The notes: a model not told the origin generated them from the letters alone. Numbered from the stretch's first letter, positions 14,201 to 27,940 are shown. The stretch is DNA of 64,000 nt from Magallana gigas (GCF_963853765.1 NC_088853.1:52948001-53012000), one strand, 5' to 3'. Translations and numbers: made by a program.

Positions 14201-16434
14201 TTTTTAAGGCACATTCCAAATTCGGTCCAATGATTGTCATCAGCAGACAAGGTCAAAAAGATTGTAGGGGGTCCAAGACATCCAACCATTGACAGTAAAT
14301 TATAAAGTGCATTTTTGAAATAAGTAATAGTCCCTTTTATGTTCTTCATGAACATGTATGAATTTTCCAACACATCAGAGGCCTGGCTACTATGTCTTAT
14401 GTCAGCAGCTGTAAATCTGTCATCTCTACTTTTACACATACGCATATGAACCCCTATTTCACTTTTAAGCAATGAGACATTGTAAGAAACACACGAGTGT
14501 AACAAATATGTTAAGTTATACCTAAACTCTGCATGTCTATTATATAACCTATATTTGAAATACATGGAAGGATTAACATGGATATCTCTGTTATGTCTTA
14601 AACCATTAACTCCAAATGGAAAGAGCCAGGGAAATGCCATTTCTTCTCCTGATGTTAGATCAAAAATGTTAACAGGTTGATGAGTAGAGCTTGAAACCTT
14701 AATTACCCCCTCTCTTAAAAAGGATGAAGCATTGAGTTTAGGTGTATTTACATCTAAAGGTGTCAAAGAGGAATAGTTAAAATTGCTATCTAAATGAGAT
14801 GATGATTCATACCCATTTAACAATTCATTATTTAGATCAGAAAGTATGTCAATACTTTGTTCAAGTTTGATTTCCTTATACAGTGGGTTGTTTTCTATAA
14901 GCCACGTAAGAGCATCTTTCAAATTTTTGCAACTGATAAAGTGTTTATTAGTGACGGCTGGTTCACTATGTAAAAAATGCACAGATAAAGTTGCATTTTC
15001 TTTAAAATTTCTGGGCAACTGATTAGCTATTTCCTGTACATTCATTGGCAAGTTTAGCACCAATCCCTTCTCAGCATACTGTCCACCGGGTAAAATATGA
15101 ATTGACAAAAAAACTTGAATTAAGGAAATCATGCGTTTCTCTAGTAATGATAGTTTTCTCAGTTCTGTTGGTACACGACCATTATCAAGGTTGTTAAGCT
15201 TAGTACTCAACGGACACATTTTATTTTGTTTTATTCTACCATGACAATAACGACAGAGAACATCATCATATGACAAGTTTAACATTTCTGCAGTAGCTGT
15301 AATTTGTTTCAGGTTAACTATCTGATCAGGAAATAAAATTCTATCACATCACCTGCAATAACTTGATGGCTTCTGTCGAATATGAAGTTCATATTCTGAA
15401 TTGTGAAAATCACAATTTAAGAATTCCACTGATGGTTCTAATGTTTCTACTGTACAAGTGTAACCTACATTAGTCATATTAAACCCATTAATTGTGTTGT
15501 TTTCATTTGCAACATCGGCATGATCAGAAATAATTGGAAATGTTTCTGCACATGTACTTACAAACATTTCATCTTGAGATGTGCGTTTTCTTTTACGAAT
15601 GGTGCTTTTTTTCAACTTAAAACTTTTTTCTGTCTGTTTTGCATATGAATGGAAAAAGTGAGGCTCAGGTTGCTGATGTACTTCATAATTAAAAATAACT
15701 GGGCTTAATTCATATGAAAATCCACCATAATCACGGTTTAAAAAATCAAGTATGCTGTGAATACTGTCAAAGTAAAGCAAAATTGCATTTCCAGATTCAT
15801 CCAACAAACCATCTTCATTTCTTTGATGTGAATCAAAAATAGCATACCTGTCATTTTCAAGATCACATATGACTGAAATAGTCAATCCCCTAGCTGTAAA
15901 CATTAAGTAAGGACTTATGATTGACGCCTGATACATGGAATTTTCAAGAGTATTTTGTCCGAATTCAAATTCATTATTGCCACCTACCCTACCGATATCG
16001 GTTTGAATTTCATAATCAGGAGAGTGCATGCTATGCGGCATCCAATCTCGTAGAGACCTTGGTAAATCATTGTGTGTAAGATATCCCGAAACACCCCGTA
16101 CTCTGGCAATATATGCGTACAACGATGTACCTTCGTTTACTAGATTATCTATATCACTAGAGGTAACATCGTTTACCCATGTTTGTGGGCGATCCCTCGA
16201 CATGCCAGTTAAGACTACAAGAGCTAAAAATGCAATAGCTGTACTTTGAAGTCCATTGAAAGGACAAAACTTTTCAATTCCTTGATGAATTCTACCCATT
16301 ACGTGTCTTACCATTTTGTCTGCGCCGATCTGACAGTTCCCACCAACTCGATTTGCCGCCAAATTCTTCCGAAAACAATGGAAAGTAGTCTTGGTCATTA
16401 AACAGCTTCGATTTGGTGTGATAAAGTCATGCAT
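11292..16434 (-). pseudogene. Helitron RepHel protein with an N-terminal herpes-tegument-like (C76/VTD) deubiquitinase domain; inactivated
   Basis: Rep motifs PPTIFLTLS, RIEFQNRGSPHMH (HUH) and YYVCSYLCK. PIF1 motifs GGAGTGKS, IIDEISMV, GDFFQLRPV, QFPLILCYARTIHKVQG and AYVALSRV. ORFs 16434-15349, 15285-13447 and 13416-12025 share one frame, separated by single stops (YCR*CDR, SS*EAAYR). Two further stops (12025, 11995) and a +1 shift in a T-run near 11970 precede 11921-11292. Confidence 0.93.
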
Positions 16435-17599
16435 CTGAATGATCGAGACTAGTCGAGAAGATTTACGGAATACTTCTATTTGGATGGAAATCGAACAAAA
16501 ACGATAACGTTTTATACTTTATTGATTCCTCAAGTAACTGTTTACGGCATAAAATAAGTTTAAAATCAGATATGTGTATCATCTATAATCAAAAATATAT
16601 TTGACATCATGTATATAAAACACAAAAATGTGTGTATCGTACGTTTTTATGCGATTACTAAAATTTATTTTTCTAAAAATAGGGACCTGTCGCTTTGTCC
16701 CTAGTAAATAATAAGCAATTTTATATATTCCATATAAAAAGGTTTATATTTTAAATGATGCACTTTATGGAAGTAAAAATAGATCTTATCTTGTAATTTT
16801 TTAAGAGAAAGAACCTTCTAATGTACAATCTATTTAATGTATAGTTAACTTTCAATTCTGAATAACTTCTCCCTCCTCAATCCCATACACCAAAACTTAA
16901 ACTTATATGTATAGAGCAGCCCGGTCCTCCGGGCTGCAATAAATTACTAAGCCTACCTTATTGTTAATATTAAATCCAAGAAACCCGAACAAATTATAAG
17001 TACCACCCCGCACGGACTGAATGAAATACACAACTAGCCTAACAGGTTTCCCAAGTTAAATTTAGAACAAAAGAAACGGAAGGGAGAATCGAGCTATAAA
17101 CAAGACTATGAACGAAACGATGAACGAGACAGGAAACGAAGACTGGGGCCCACCTATCTACCCAGGGGAGTGAGTTGACTCGAACCTTAGAGAAGATTCC
17201 ACGTCAACCACCGGATTTAAGTAAAATGTAATTTAGCTCGAACTGGTGTTTTCCAAATGATAATGTAAAACTACGAAACTGTCCGAATGTAAAAAAAAAA
17301 CCTAGAAAAACAATTAATATATAGAAGTGCAAAAAACTTTGAATTCCATCCTCATTATATTAACAATGACGAAAAATAAATGCCCGGCATAAGATGTAAA
17401 GAACTGCAATATATATAAGGTGTTAAAAAAAATATGAAAATTATTAGTAACAACTGTATTTTTAAAATTTCAAGATAATTCCAGAATGTCCAAAAACTCT
17501 AAATAGTAACCTTGTATCTGCATAAAACAGGGATAACCTCATGTCTTATAAAAAATTCTTATAAATTAAATGTGTATTTAAAAAAGATTTAAACGTTTT

Positions 17600-18950
17600 A
17601 TAAAATGCAAGCCTAGTGCAGAGGAAATATCACAATTTGATATCAGGAATATAGACAAAAATGCTAAAACAGGATATATCTTAGAGGTAACAATTGAGTA
17701 TCCAAGTCATTTGCATGATTTGCATAATGATCTCCCATTAGCACCAGAGTCGTTATCTATCATAATGGAAGATCTCTCTCCTTACTGCCATGAACTGTAT
17801 AAAAGTCTTCATAAAGGGAAAACTGAGGGGGAAATTTCGAAAAAACTCGTTCCTACACTTCGAACAAAGGAAAAATACGTTGTTCACTATAGAAACTTAC
17901 AATTCTACCTTCAGCAAGGACTCATTCTGACAAAAATACATCGTGTTATAAGCTTTGAGCAGGAGGCTTGGCTTAAGCCATACATCGAATATAACACTAA
18001 AATGAGACAGCAGGCACAGAATGACTTTGACATCTCCCTTTATAAATCATACAACAATATCGTTTTCGGGTAAGTGTTTGAGAAAATTATCATGAAAATA
18101 TAGATGGTTGATAAAATAAAACTAGAGTACCATTGTAATATATGTTTTTTTTAATGTCATTTCAGAAAAACCATGGAAAATATAAGAAACAGATTAAATT
18201 TTAACCTAGTTCATGCAAAAAAAACCCTTCAAAAGCTGGTTAGTAAACCGAGTTTTGAGAGCTTTACTATCTTCAATAAAGATCTCGTTGGAGTAAAAAA
18301 CAAAAAGGTCAAACTTTTGCTTAACAAACCCATCTACACACTATGGTGGGAATGCAAAGTTGCTGATGACAGATACAGATTCCCTGTTTTACAGGTATGT
18401 CATACTCGGACTTATTGGTGCATTTTGTTATTTATTAAGAGTCAATATTGTTTTATACATCTTATTTTATTTCTTGTTTTGTAGGTTTGAAGTTAAAGAT
18501 ATGTATAAAGAGATGAGTAAACATATTAATTTGTTCGATACATCAAACTATCCTAGAGATCATTTTCTGTTTAGTGAAATAAACAAGAAGGTTGTTGGTA
18601 AGATGAAAGATGAAACTGCATCTCAGCCAGTAATGGGATGTGTTGAATTACGACCAAAAATGTATTCATTCATTGTTTACAATGAGGAAAAAACCCAAGT
18701 GAAAAAAGCAAAGGGAATCGCCAAATCTGTTGTTAACAAAGAATTAGCATATCAAAATTACGTGGACTGTCTATTAAACTGTAAATTAGAAAGACATACA
18801 ATGAACTCTATACGGAGTGAAAATCATAATCTGTTTCTTAAAGCTATCAACAAAATTTCCCTGTCTTCCTTTGACGATAAACGATGGTGGTTGAAGCCTA
18901 ATGGTATTGAAGGTTATTCATATGGACACTTTAAAATCCCTGATAATTAA
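17600..18950 (+). pseudogene. polB: Polinton/adintovirus-type protein-primed family B DNA polymerase, C-terminal part, with two introns
   Basis: Motifs GYILEV.IEYP..LHDLHNDLPLAPE, KSYNNIVFG|[42 protein letters not shown] and LSSFDDKR. Introns 18070-18165 (GTAAGT..TTTCAG) and 18395-18484 (GTATGT..TAG). A deletion with frameshift lies near 18337. Confidence 0.9.
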
Positions 18951-19113
18951 ATTAAAGACTAAACCAAGAAATAAAAATGAAACCTTCAATATTAGGCTCC
19001 CACCACCATCGTTTGTCGTAAACTTATACAGTGGAATGGGTGGATTATTCATATGGACACGTTAAATCATTGACAATTAAATTAAAGACTAAACCAAGAA
19101 ATAAAAATGAAAA
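18914..19113 (+). repeat. ~70-bp direct duplication of the polB 3' end and UTR (131-bp offset)
   Basis: ttattcatatggacac...aattaaattaaagactaaaccaagaaataaaaatgaaa occurs at 18914-18982 and again at 19045-19113. Confidence 0.85.
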
Positions 19114-20709
19114 CTATTTGTATTGTATGTATTTATTAGCATATTAATTGATAAATATAATTAAACATATATATTCGTTTAATTTGTTGCTTTGTTTTGT
19201 AATTGAAATAAGCATGAAACCCGCAATTATGATATAATATCCTATTAATTTTACAGCAGTTTCGATTGAAATTACACCTATTTCATTAATTAAGAGGAAC
19301 AAAACATATTCATTTTGATAAATGTTAATCAGGTTTGTGTAAGCCTTCCGTCTTACGGATCCAATTGAGGGTCAGCTCAAGCTTATAGATGACAAGTCCA
19401 GTATTTCTTTCTCAAGCGGTTTTATTAAGCGTGATCGTATAGTTACAATTACATCAGCTAATAGCAGCCCAAATCAGGAGTCTCAGTATCTATCTATAAG
19501 CGGAATCTCTCTAAATCTCAATCTCTCTTAATCTGTTCAACATCATTTTACATGGGTATATATAACATTTTACTTATGATGGACAGTTCTGACTAGTTCG
19601 GCCCATTTACGGCGATCATGAGTGAACATTTAGTGTTCAAAATTAAGATTAATATTTTATTTCTAAATAAGTAACAAAACTGTCAAAACTGCCAATCAAA
19701 GAGTCTGGATGCAGGATGTGAGTCTCCGAGTCCTGGGTCTCGGAGTCCCCCACCTAGTATGAGGCATCACGTACTCACAATACGTTCATTCATACACGGC
19801 ATAAAAGGTTACAAAGGTTAATATATAGAATACACAATACATGAGTCAATATAGAGTACTAAAGCTATCGTTGCAGACACAGAATCGCCAAATATGTCAC
19901 TTGTTGTTAAACTCTCAATTTGGATATTATTATGCCCGTATTATGCACCTGGTTTCATAACATCATTTAGGAATACTACGCATTGCTACAAGAGTCACAG
20001 AGTTCATTCTGTCAATTATCATTAACACCATTCAGTGCGCAGCATCTAGGTACACATAAATATCATAGTGACCATTATGTAATACTAGCAAATCAAGGTC
20101 ATAGCATGGCTATCTGTTTACACATCTGACATTTGATAATTAAATATGAATCATACGCATTAAATCGTAAATAAAGATTGAAAGAATGTACCACCTTTTT
20201 ATAGTATACATACATGAACTGTCGCTGAACATTTTGATTAAAATTATTTTATTTTAAATATGTTTGCTAAAAAAATTGGAACACAATATAACACTTTTAA
20301 ACGAAATTCTATCCTACCAGCAAACTTAATTGACCACCCTCTAAAAGAGGAAATTATAAGCTGTTCACTTTTAATTTTGAAATGTGTAGTGTAACAAGAT
20401 GCTTATTTGGTCAGTTTATAAAGTAAACAACATTTTTGAAGTAAACAATTTAATTATAGTTCATTCACGACTTGAGATCTCATTATGAACTCACTCCTAC
20501 AATGCTGCTTTTCTAACAATGGGACAAAAGACCGAACCGTTCACTCACATCATCAACGAAATCTTTGAAAAAAGAGAAAAAAATACTCTTATGAAATATG
20601 TTTTTCAACTTTTAACATGACATCCCTCCTTTTCCTATTTTTTTTAAAGAATTGATAATGAAATTAGAGCTATATAGATATGTGTCCATCTAGAGTCATA
20701 GAATCGTTA

Positions 20710-22168
20710 GGCCTAAAAAAATAAATTGTGTGTTTAGGGTAACACTGATGAAAAAATTAGGTTAGGAAGGTAGGGATTTTTTTTAATTTTATCATATTTT
20801 TTTTGTATGAATCATAAGAATGTTTCTTTGTTTTATATTTAAAAACGTAATTTTTATTGGAAATAAGATAAAATTCACAATCGGATAAAATCAGACATCT
20901 AACAGTATTTCCCCAGAAAATTTTGAAGCATGGGGGGAAGTTTGTCAGAGTAAGTGCGCGGTGCGGCATTAAAGCGCTTAAGCCGGCAAAATCACTGTGC
21001 GTAATAATATAACCATTTGATGAAACGTACTACATGATATGTACTATAATCGATGCATTTTCATGAAATCTACATCAACAAGTATCATTTCAATTCATAA
21101 TTATATTTTAATGTCTGTGTATATTTAATATACAATTTTTCTGGGGGTTTTTCTTGCAAAACTAATAACATTTTTTTTTCAAAATCAGCTTTTTAAGAGG
21201 TTGGTCCTCACAAGTTTTCACAAAACACAAGAAATATAGATTCACATGGCAGTTCAACATCAGCTTCTGTCCCACTCCACTCCCACTCCTTATAGAAGAG
21301 ATTTTTTAGGGGGGTGTTGAACAAGAAATAGGCAGAACAAGTCCATACAATTACATCAAACTTGATTCAACTTATTCTGGGCAGTTAATATTTCTTGTTT
21401 AAATTGGGGGTTCATATGAAAGTTTCTGTGATATCTTGACACCAGTCCCCTTCCCCGTTTACATGTATGTACACAGTCAATCATTTTAATAGGCATACAA
21501 TATATGTTTCTAGTCATGTGACATCGCTTCCGTGCATTTCTGCAAATAACTGTCGTTTTTTTTCTTTATTGTGTACATTTTTTCAAGTTTCCAATATCCT
21601 TGCGGCAAAAAAAGTGTTCAAGCATATAGAATCCAAGCTAACACCATTGAGTGAACATTGTGCTATTTTTAGATCTTGGAAAATCCACAACATTCGATAA
21701 TGGCGGAGATGTCGAAAAAAGCATATTATATTAAAACAAGAAGTAATCACGTCCCTATTTATGCATTAATCACCAATTAATAAACGCAGTTTAAATATAT
21801 CTTAATCATAAGCTAAGTCCTTAAACCGTAAACCACGTGTGCCCCATTGCTGAGATCGATGTCGAAATTAACTGCGCTCACTGCGGGTGCAAGTGTTTTT
21901 CTAAAGTTTGAGCGGATAAACGATAACTTTATATCTACTAATTACAGGTAAGATGTGTAATAATCGGAAAAAGAATTTTGCTTTGAAATAAACATGCATA
22001 GCGGGAAGCATGGCGGCACTGTGTGATGCATGGCGGGGGATCTTCAATGGCGGTACCGCCATCGCCATGCAAAATCGGCCTGGAAAAACAGTCTAAAAAT
22101 GGTAGGATCGGGCCATTTTTGTAGGTTAGGTCGGGTTACCCGAAACACACAACTTTTTTTGTTAGGCC
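20710..22168. mobile_element. Non-autonomous PIF/Harbinger-type element
   Basis: 34-bp TIRs (ggcctaaaaaaataaattgtgtgtttagggtaac; 30/34 match) flanked by TTA on both sides (20707-09 and 22169-71). Confidence 0.85.
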
Positions 22169-23099
22169 TTAGTGATATCATTGTAAAAGTAAGCTTTGGA
22201 AGTACATCATTATCTGTACAGGTTCTGATGTCTGTACTTCTCCGAAAACGATGAAATAAATATATTTCCATTTACATATCGCAATTATCTGCTGCACATT
22301 TTTTTCCACAAGCGTTATTGCCACTTTTTCACCACCATTTTTTTCACCGAGAAGGATTGTTAAATGAAATATTAAATGAAGCTTAACAACCATATCAACT
22401 ACTCAATTTGCTGGCACCAGGAAACTTTCTCAAAAAAAAGAAGCACGTTTCCACTCGTAGATTTAAAATAAACTGTGACTTTCCATCTTTGTCTTAACAA
22501 GAAATATTACGATGGGTGTTTACCAACTTCACCAAACCCCATTTTATGAAAGAAAAAAAAACATGAAAAAACTAACATTTGAAAACGGCAAAATTTACAG
22601 ACTTATTAGTAGCCGTGTGTTTATGTTAAGTTATACATACATTCAATGTATAGTAAATGGGAAGGAAGATTTTTAAGTTTTAATACATTTTGACTTTGTG
22701 ACGATATTGGTCCCACCCTATGATCTGAACCCCTGACCCTGGGGTCATGTTTTTTTTAATGTAAAACTTTAATCCTCCATAGCGGCGTCACACTAATCAA
22801 GGATTACTTATGAATGCTGTTGCTGATTTTCTTTAAATATCTATTCAAACTAAGAAAACAAAAACAAGTGACATTAGCCTCATGTGTTTAATCAAGATAC
22901 AAAGTGCATACATTTCTTCAAGATCAGGTAAATAAGGATTGATTCTATCACAAAACGTTATTAGCATTTGATAATGATATATATGATTAATATGACGAGG
23001 TACAGGGACAATAAAGTAATCCATGACATTTTTTAATGATGAAACATTACACTGAGACTTAGTATATCTCTTCATAGTGTATCTTTCCGCATGGTGTGG

Positions 23100-23751
23100 C
23101 TCTGCATGGCCTCATTATCTTATCTGACATACACATACCATGACATGCTACATGATAGGGCCCTGACAATTTCATCATGTTTACACGCTGAAACCAATTT
23201 TGGAAATTTCTCTGAATATATCGTAAAATTTTCAGGAAAGCAAATATCCATTGATCAGTTTATTTTATGATGCTCCTGTTTTTTTACTTAACCAATTAGA
23301 AATCAGATTTCACTGAGCTTTGTAGATGCACTGACATGTTCTCAAAACCTAACTCTTCATTGGGCAATAGTTTTTTAAATTCTATGTACATAGTTTGCCA
23401 TATCTTGACGTCAATTTGTGCCGCAATATGAGTTGATAACAATTGCTGCTCATCGTCCGAATCTACCGAATCACATTCACTGGAATCTGGGCTGTCTAAG
23501 CCAAAATCACTTTTACACGAAGTGGTACATGTACTTGATAAGACTGATCGTACACTGTCCCTTTTCTGCTTACAGCCTCTTTGGCGACTGTCCTCTCTTC
23601 CCTCAATGATTGCAGTACGTTCTTCGTTACTACTGCTACCAGCGGGGGTTGAATCGTCTTGGCCTGATTTTGCGCCGCCTCTTCTGCTGATCCAGCTGCA
23701 ACGCTTTGATCTCCTGCCCCTCCGACGACTTCCACCAGATTGGACATTCAT
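23100..23751 (-). pseudogene. Degenerate Gag-like ORF1 of a DIRS/Ngaro-type tyrosine-recombinase retroelement
   Basis: LSTHIAAQIDVKIWQTMYIEFKKLLP, then DQWIFAFL and KHDEIVRALS..SWY, resembling the HV..IK.KIW..EYIDF..LL / QW..AF / KY..IIR..A..W motifs of these ORF1s. Confidence 0.5.
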
Positions 23752-24764
23752 CTAAAATTCAGTACGTACACACCAATGTGTTCGATTGCAATCATTATAA
23801 GCACGGTATGACAAAACTGAAAAGGAATTTGTTTTCAGTGTATAATTTTTTTCTTTCTGCAACTGCAAATATTAATGTTGCAATAGATAAACAAATACAA
23901 ACATTTAACTGATTACTTGTATCACTAATGGCAATTAATATGGCGATGCATATCAAAACTACTCTGATATCATATATTCCTGCTTATAGAGGAATTTTCC
24001 TGTGAAACTACAGATCACACATTATAAGAACTCTAACATGTATGTCACAGCCTAAACATTAGTTGATTTACAAACCTGGTTTGTCGGATATAATATGCAA
24101 ATAACTTTATAACTAACCCGCAATTTAGGGACTGCTGCATTCATATCTTTTAAGAGATTTAACAGTCATGCCCAAACCATTAAGAGGAATTTATCAGTTA
24201 TGTTCCAACCATTTAGGGGACTTTAATATCCATGCCTCATATTCCTAATAAAATATCACAACGGAAAATTATCCTGGTTTGTACGCAAGGTAAATAACAG
24301 GCATTTAATTATAATGGAGAAGACAAATTAAATTTTTGAATGTTTTTAATTTGAGGAATTGAGCACATTGAGGTGCAATTTTCTTTTTCACATCTATACA
24401 TGTAGGATTTTTAAAATAGAAAACAATACTATTATATTTTTTTTAAATACAATAACTAGTAAGTAGATGATGAAAAAATGTACCTATATGCTCTCATATA
24501 TTTTGATCGCTTTACAAAGTTGGGGGGGGGGGGGGGGAGAACGAAAATATAGGAAATTGGAAGTTAACAACTTAACAGTGTACCCCTACCAAATGGTTAG
24601 TTTTTTATCTTGCGTAGGATTTTCTTATTCTGGTAAAAAATAATATTTCATGAAGGTACAATGTCAAATATTACGTGTATGCAAAAATAAGTGTAAAATT
24701 CGAATATTTTACAATATATATTTTTTGTTATTCTACCGAGGCCCAATACTTTTTGAACGCCCAT

Positions 24765-24806
24765 TGTTGCTCAGGTGAGCGATGTGGCCCCATGGGCCTC
24801 TTGTTT
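24765..24806 (+). mobile_element. HINE 3' terminus
   Basis: gttgctcaggtgagcgatgtggccccatgggcctcttgtt, a subterminal repeat plus palindrome. Confidence 0.65.
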
Positions 24807-24849
24807 TTTATATAATAGGCGAGTATAAACTATCATACCCATCCTCAAG

Positions 24850-26718
24850 TGTTGCCATTAACTTCTCATTCCTGCAATTTTTCACGCTCAGGTAATATCC
24901 TGGGGGACTCGGGAGACCACTTAAATAAAAAGAAAAGAACCACTATGTACATTTATGAAGGCAACATCTATTAAATGGAGGCCTTCACCACTCTCTTTTA
25001 TTAAGCAGTCGTATATTTAAATGTTTTCATATTACTTAAATGTCTTAGGGAAATAAAATATATAAATCAAAGTAAACATGACTAAATTAAGAGAGTTTGA
25101 ATATAATCAAGGTGAACTTAAAGATTTCAAATTTTGTAAAGTTCAGGCCGGGATGATTAAATATCTTATGGTAAGCTCATTTACAATGCAAATTAAATTG
25201 CAACAAACACTTACATGACTGTTTTTGGTTTAAACAAGGCAAAATCTTCCAAAACAAGGGCACTAATTTCTGTAAAACTCTATGGTAAGGAAAAATAAAG
25301 TAATTTATTTTTTTTATTGTAATGTACATGCATGTATATAAAAAAAACTTCAATACAGAACTAACAACTATTCCTTCTAAAGGAATGATTAGCATGTAAT
25401 ATATCATTGGCAAGCTCTCTAAATGTAATGCGAAAGCATTACGGTACATGCAATAAACATGATCTATTGGATATATCCCAACATTTTGTGGATTTCCAGA
25501 ATACATGTACATGTTAGCAATAATTGCTACACATGTACATGTATTCTGGAAAACTTTTTCATAGTATGCAAATTGTACTTTCAGTAACCTAAGGTGCAAT
25601 TAATGCATGCACACATAGTTAAATTTGCCAGATGCCTCATATGGACAGAAAGTCATGCATTAAAACATTCTCTATTATTGAACTTGAATTTATGTAAATG
25701 CAGTCAAAACTTAGTAAAATACACTGTGTGTTTAATTGTATATATAAATATATATTTATATGTGTTTGTGTGTAAGCTACCTTTTTAGATAAAAGTTTAA
25801 TTCTTCCTTCCATTCCTTTAAATGAGTTATTCATAATGTTGTGGTCTGTGAGATCATTTCTGTCCATCCATCGCATATGTCTCCAGTGTGGCTTATAACA
25901 CCTGTAATATAAGAAGTCTAATTAATCTAAAATTTTGAAATCATATTATTGAAACAGTTAGGGTTACATTATAAAAAACATCATATGGTATTTTATTTCA
26001 TTGCCATAAAAATGATATGGAGATGACATTATTTTGGCTTCTTTTATTGTTTATCATTTGATTACCTCTTGTCACCTTCCTCTAATTCCATTATTTCCTT
26101 CAGCTTAGCTTTGATGTGTGTTGAAAACTGTTAAAAATTACATTGAATAACATAATATAAAAATATATGAAATCTATTTTTTCTGAAAATCTGTCTGCAT
26201 TGAAAAAGTAAGTTATAGAACTTGCAGTCTCTTTTAAACATTGTCTTGACTGCTGAGCTTTTGTGTGTGTGTGCATGTGTGTGTGTGCGGGCGTGCACTT
26301 GTGTATGTTTATCCAGATATTTGCACATTACACCGTCATTGCCAAGGTTATGCGATTAATTAATTACCAAGGTTGCTATATTGTGGCCTAGTATGTTTCC
26401 TGTTCCCTTGCTGATGGGAAGATCCTTTCTTGGCCATTCGCACAAAATGCTGACCACCTTCTTGGACTGTTCAGTCTATTCATAAAAAAAATCACATTAA
26501 TCCTACTGAACTGCATGTAATTTAACATCTTTACCTTTATGTAGACATCAGAAATACTCGTAAGGATTTAATGACCGACAGATGAAATTTAATGAAATTA
26601 TTAGATCGAGCCCATAGGGAATTTACTTACAAGTAACAATGCACAGATAAACCATATTAGGTCAACTACAAACTATGTTACAATTATATCCTATTGACTG
26701 CCTTTGCAAAGAAGAATG

Positions 26719-26788
<70 letters not shown>

Positions 26789-27940
26789 TCTCCACATGAC
26801 ACCTGTTTCTTTACAAATTAGCAGGAGGTAATTACAAATAAGCAAGAGTTTAAAATAAACAACATCAATCAACCAGACTTGATATTGAATTATTTGGACC
26901 CGACACTCTAAACAACACCTGATTGTTGCATCATGATAATATTGAAGAAATACATGTAGTTATAATGGTAGTTGAAGAGTGTTTCGGCGGTAAAGTAAGC
27001 CTCATCATGGTGGCATAGGAGCATTGTGAAAAATGTACTGTCTTAAAAAAACCTCCAAGAGCAATTTCATTTTTAAGGTACTAGTAACCCCATGTTCAGT
27101 TACAACTTTCTTTATGTAATCGGAAAGCCGTTAATCCATTGGCTGGAGGATACTGGATGCCTGGTTAATAAAATTAGGGCAGAGGATTATTTTTTTAAAA
27201 AATCAAAATTTCAGAAGTCGGGCCATTAATTAAAAAAAAGTTGGGCACAAATTAGATCTTTAATTCACATGAAAAACTTAAATGCAGAATAAAAGCCATA
27301 GCAGGTATATATTTTATTATTTTTAATAGTCACAATAGTACATGTATATAGATAGAAATTTTACAGTTAAGCTTTAACAATCACTCAAAAAAACGAATTG
27401 TTCATACTCAATGCTCTTAAGAGGGCTCCATGGACGCTGCCATTTTTGGAATATTTTAATCTCCTTAATATTAACATAGAAGAGCTCTATACAAAGATAG
27501 AGGATATTGATTTTAACAGATAAATTATTTAGAAAGTTTCTTAAGCAAATGATAGTTTATAGCTAAACAAATCATATCTTAAGACTTAAAGAAGATCTGA
27601 TGGTTTATTTGTTAACCCAGCCTCCTTAAATATGCATTCCAAATAAAAGTACCAATTTGTTGGCTTACCTCTCCTTTCAGGTGGTTTCTATGGTCATTAA
27701 CCTCTGGAAACTGAACATAAAAACGATGCTCTATATTCTTTAAAGGCCTGATCCTTAAATCTTCTTTAAGATTTGCTACAATTTTCTTTTGATGGTGAGG
27801 AGTGCATGTTGTGTTTTCTTCTCCTGTAAGCTTTTAATAAAATTGTACATTGTATTCCTGTCAAAAGTTGCGCATTTCCCCCAGAGCTTACAACCTTTCT
27901 TGAACCCTGCACGAACTGTAATGTGATTTTTCTCCTCTGG
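24850..27940 (-). pseudogene. Multi-exon CaRF (ALS2CR8)-like / MULE-related gene remnant
   Basis: Exon 27940-27669 (…LKNIEHRFYVQFPEVNDHRNHLKGE|GTAAGC) splices in phase 0 to an exon starting at 27160 (ASSILQPMD*RLSDYIKKVVTEHGVTS…). Further exon-like segments near 26400 and 25800. Stops are present. Confidence 0.45.
26721..26785. repeat. (AT)n microsatellite
   Basis: Direct reading. Confidence 0.95.

Noticed and set aside
18360-18950. 196-aa ORF with an apparent transmembrane segment ([16 protein letters not shown]…)
   Set aside because: The hydrophobic stretch is the translated in-frame 90-nt intron 18395-18484, not a membrane anchor.
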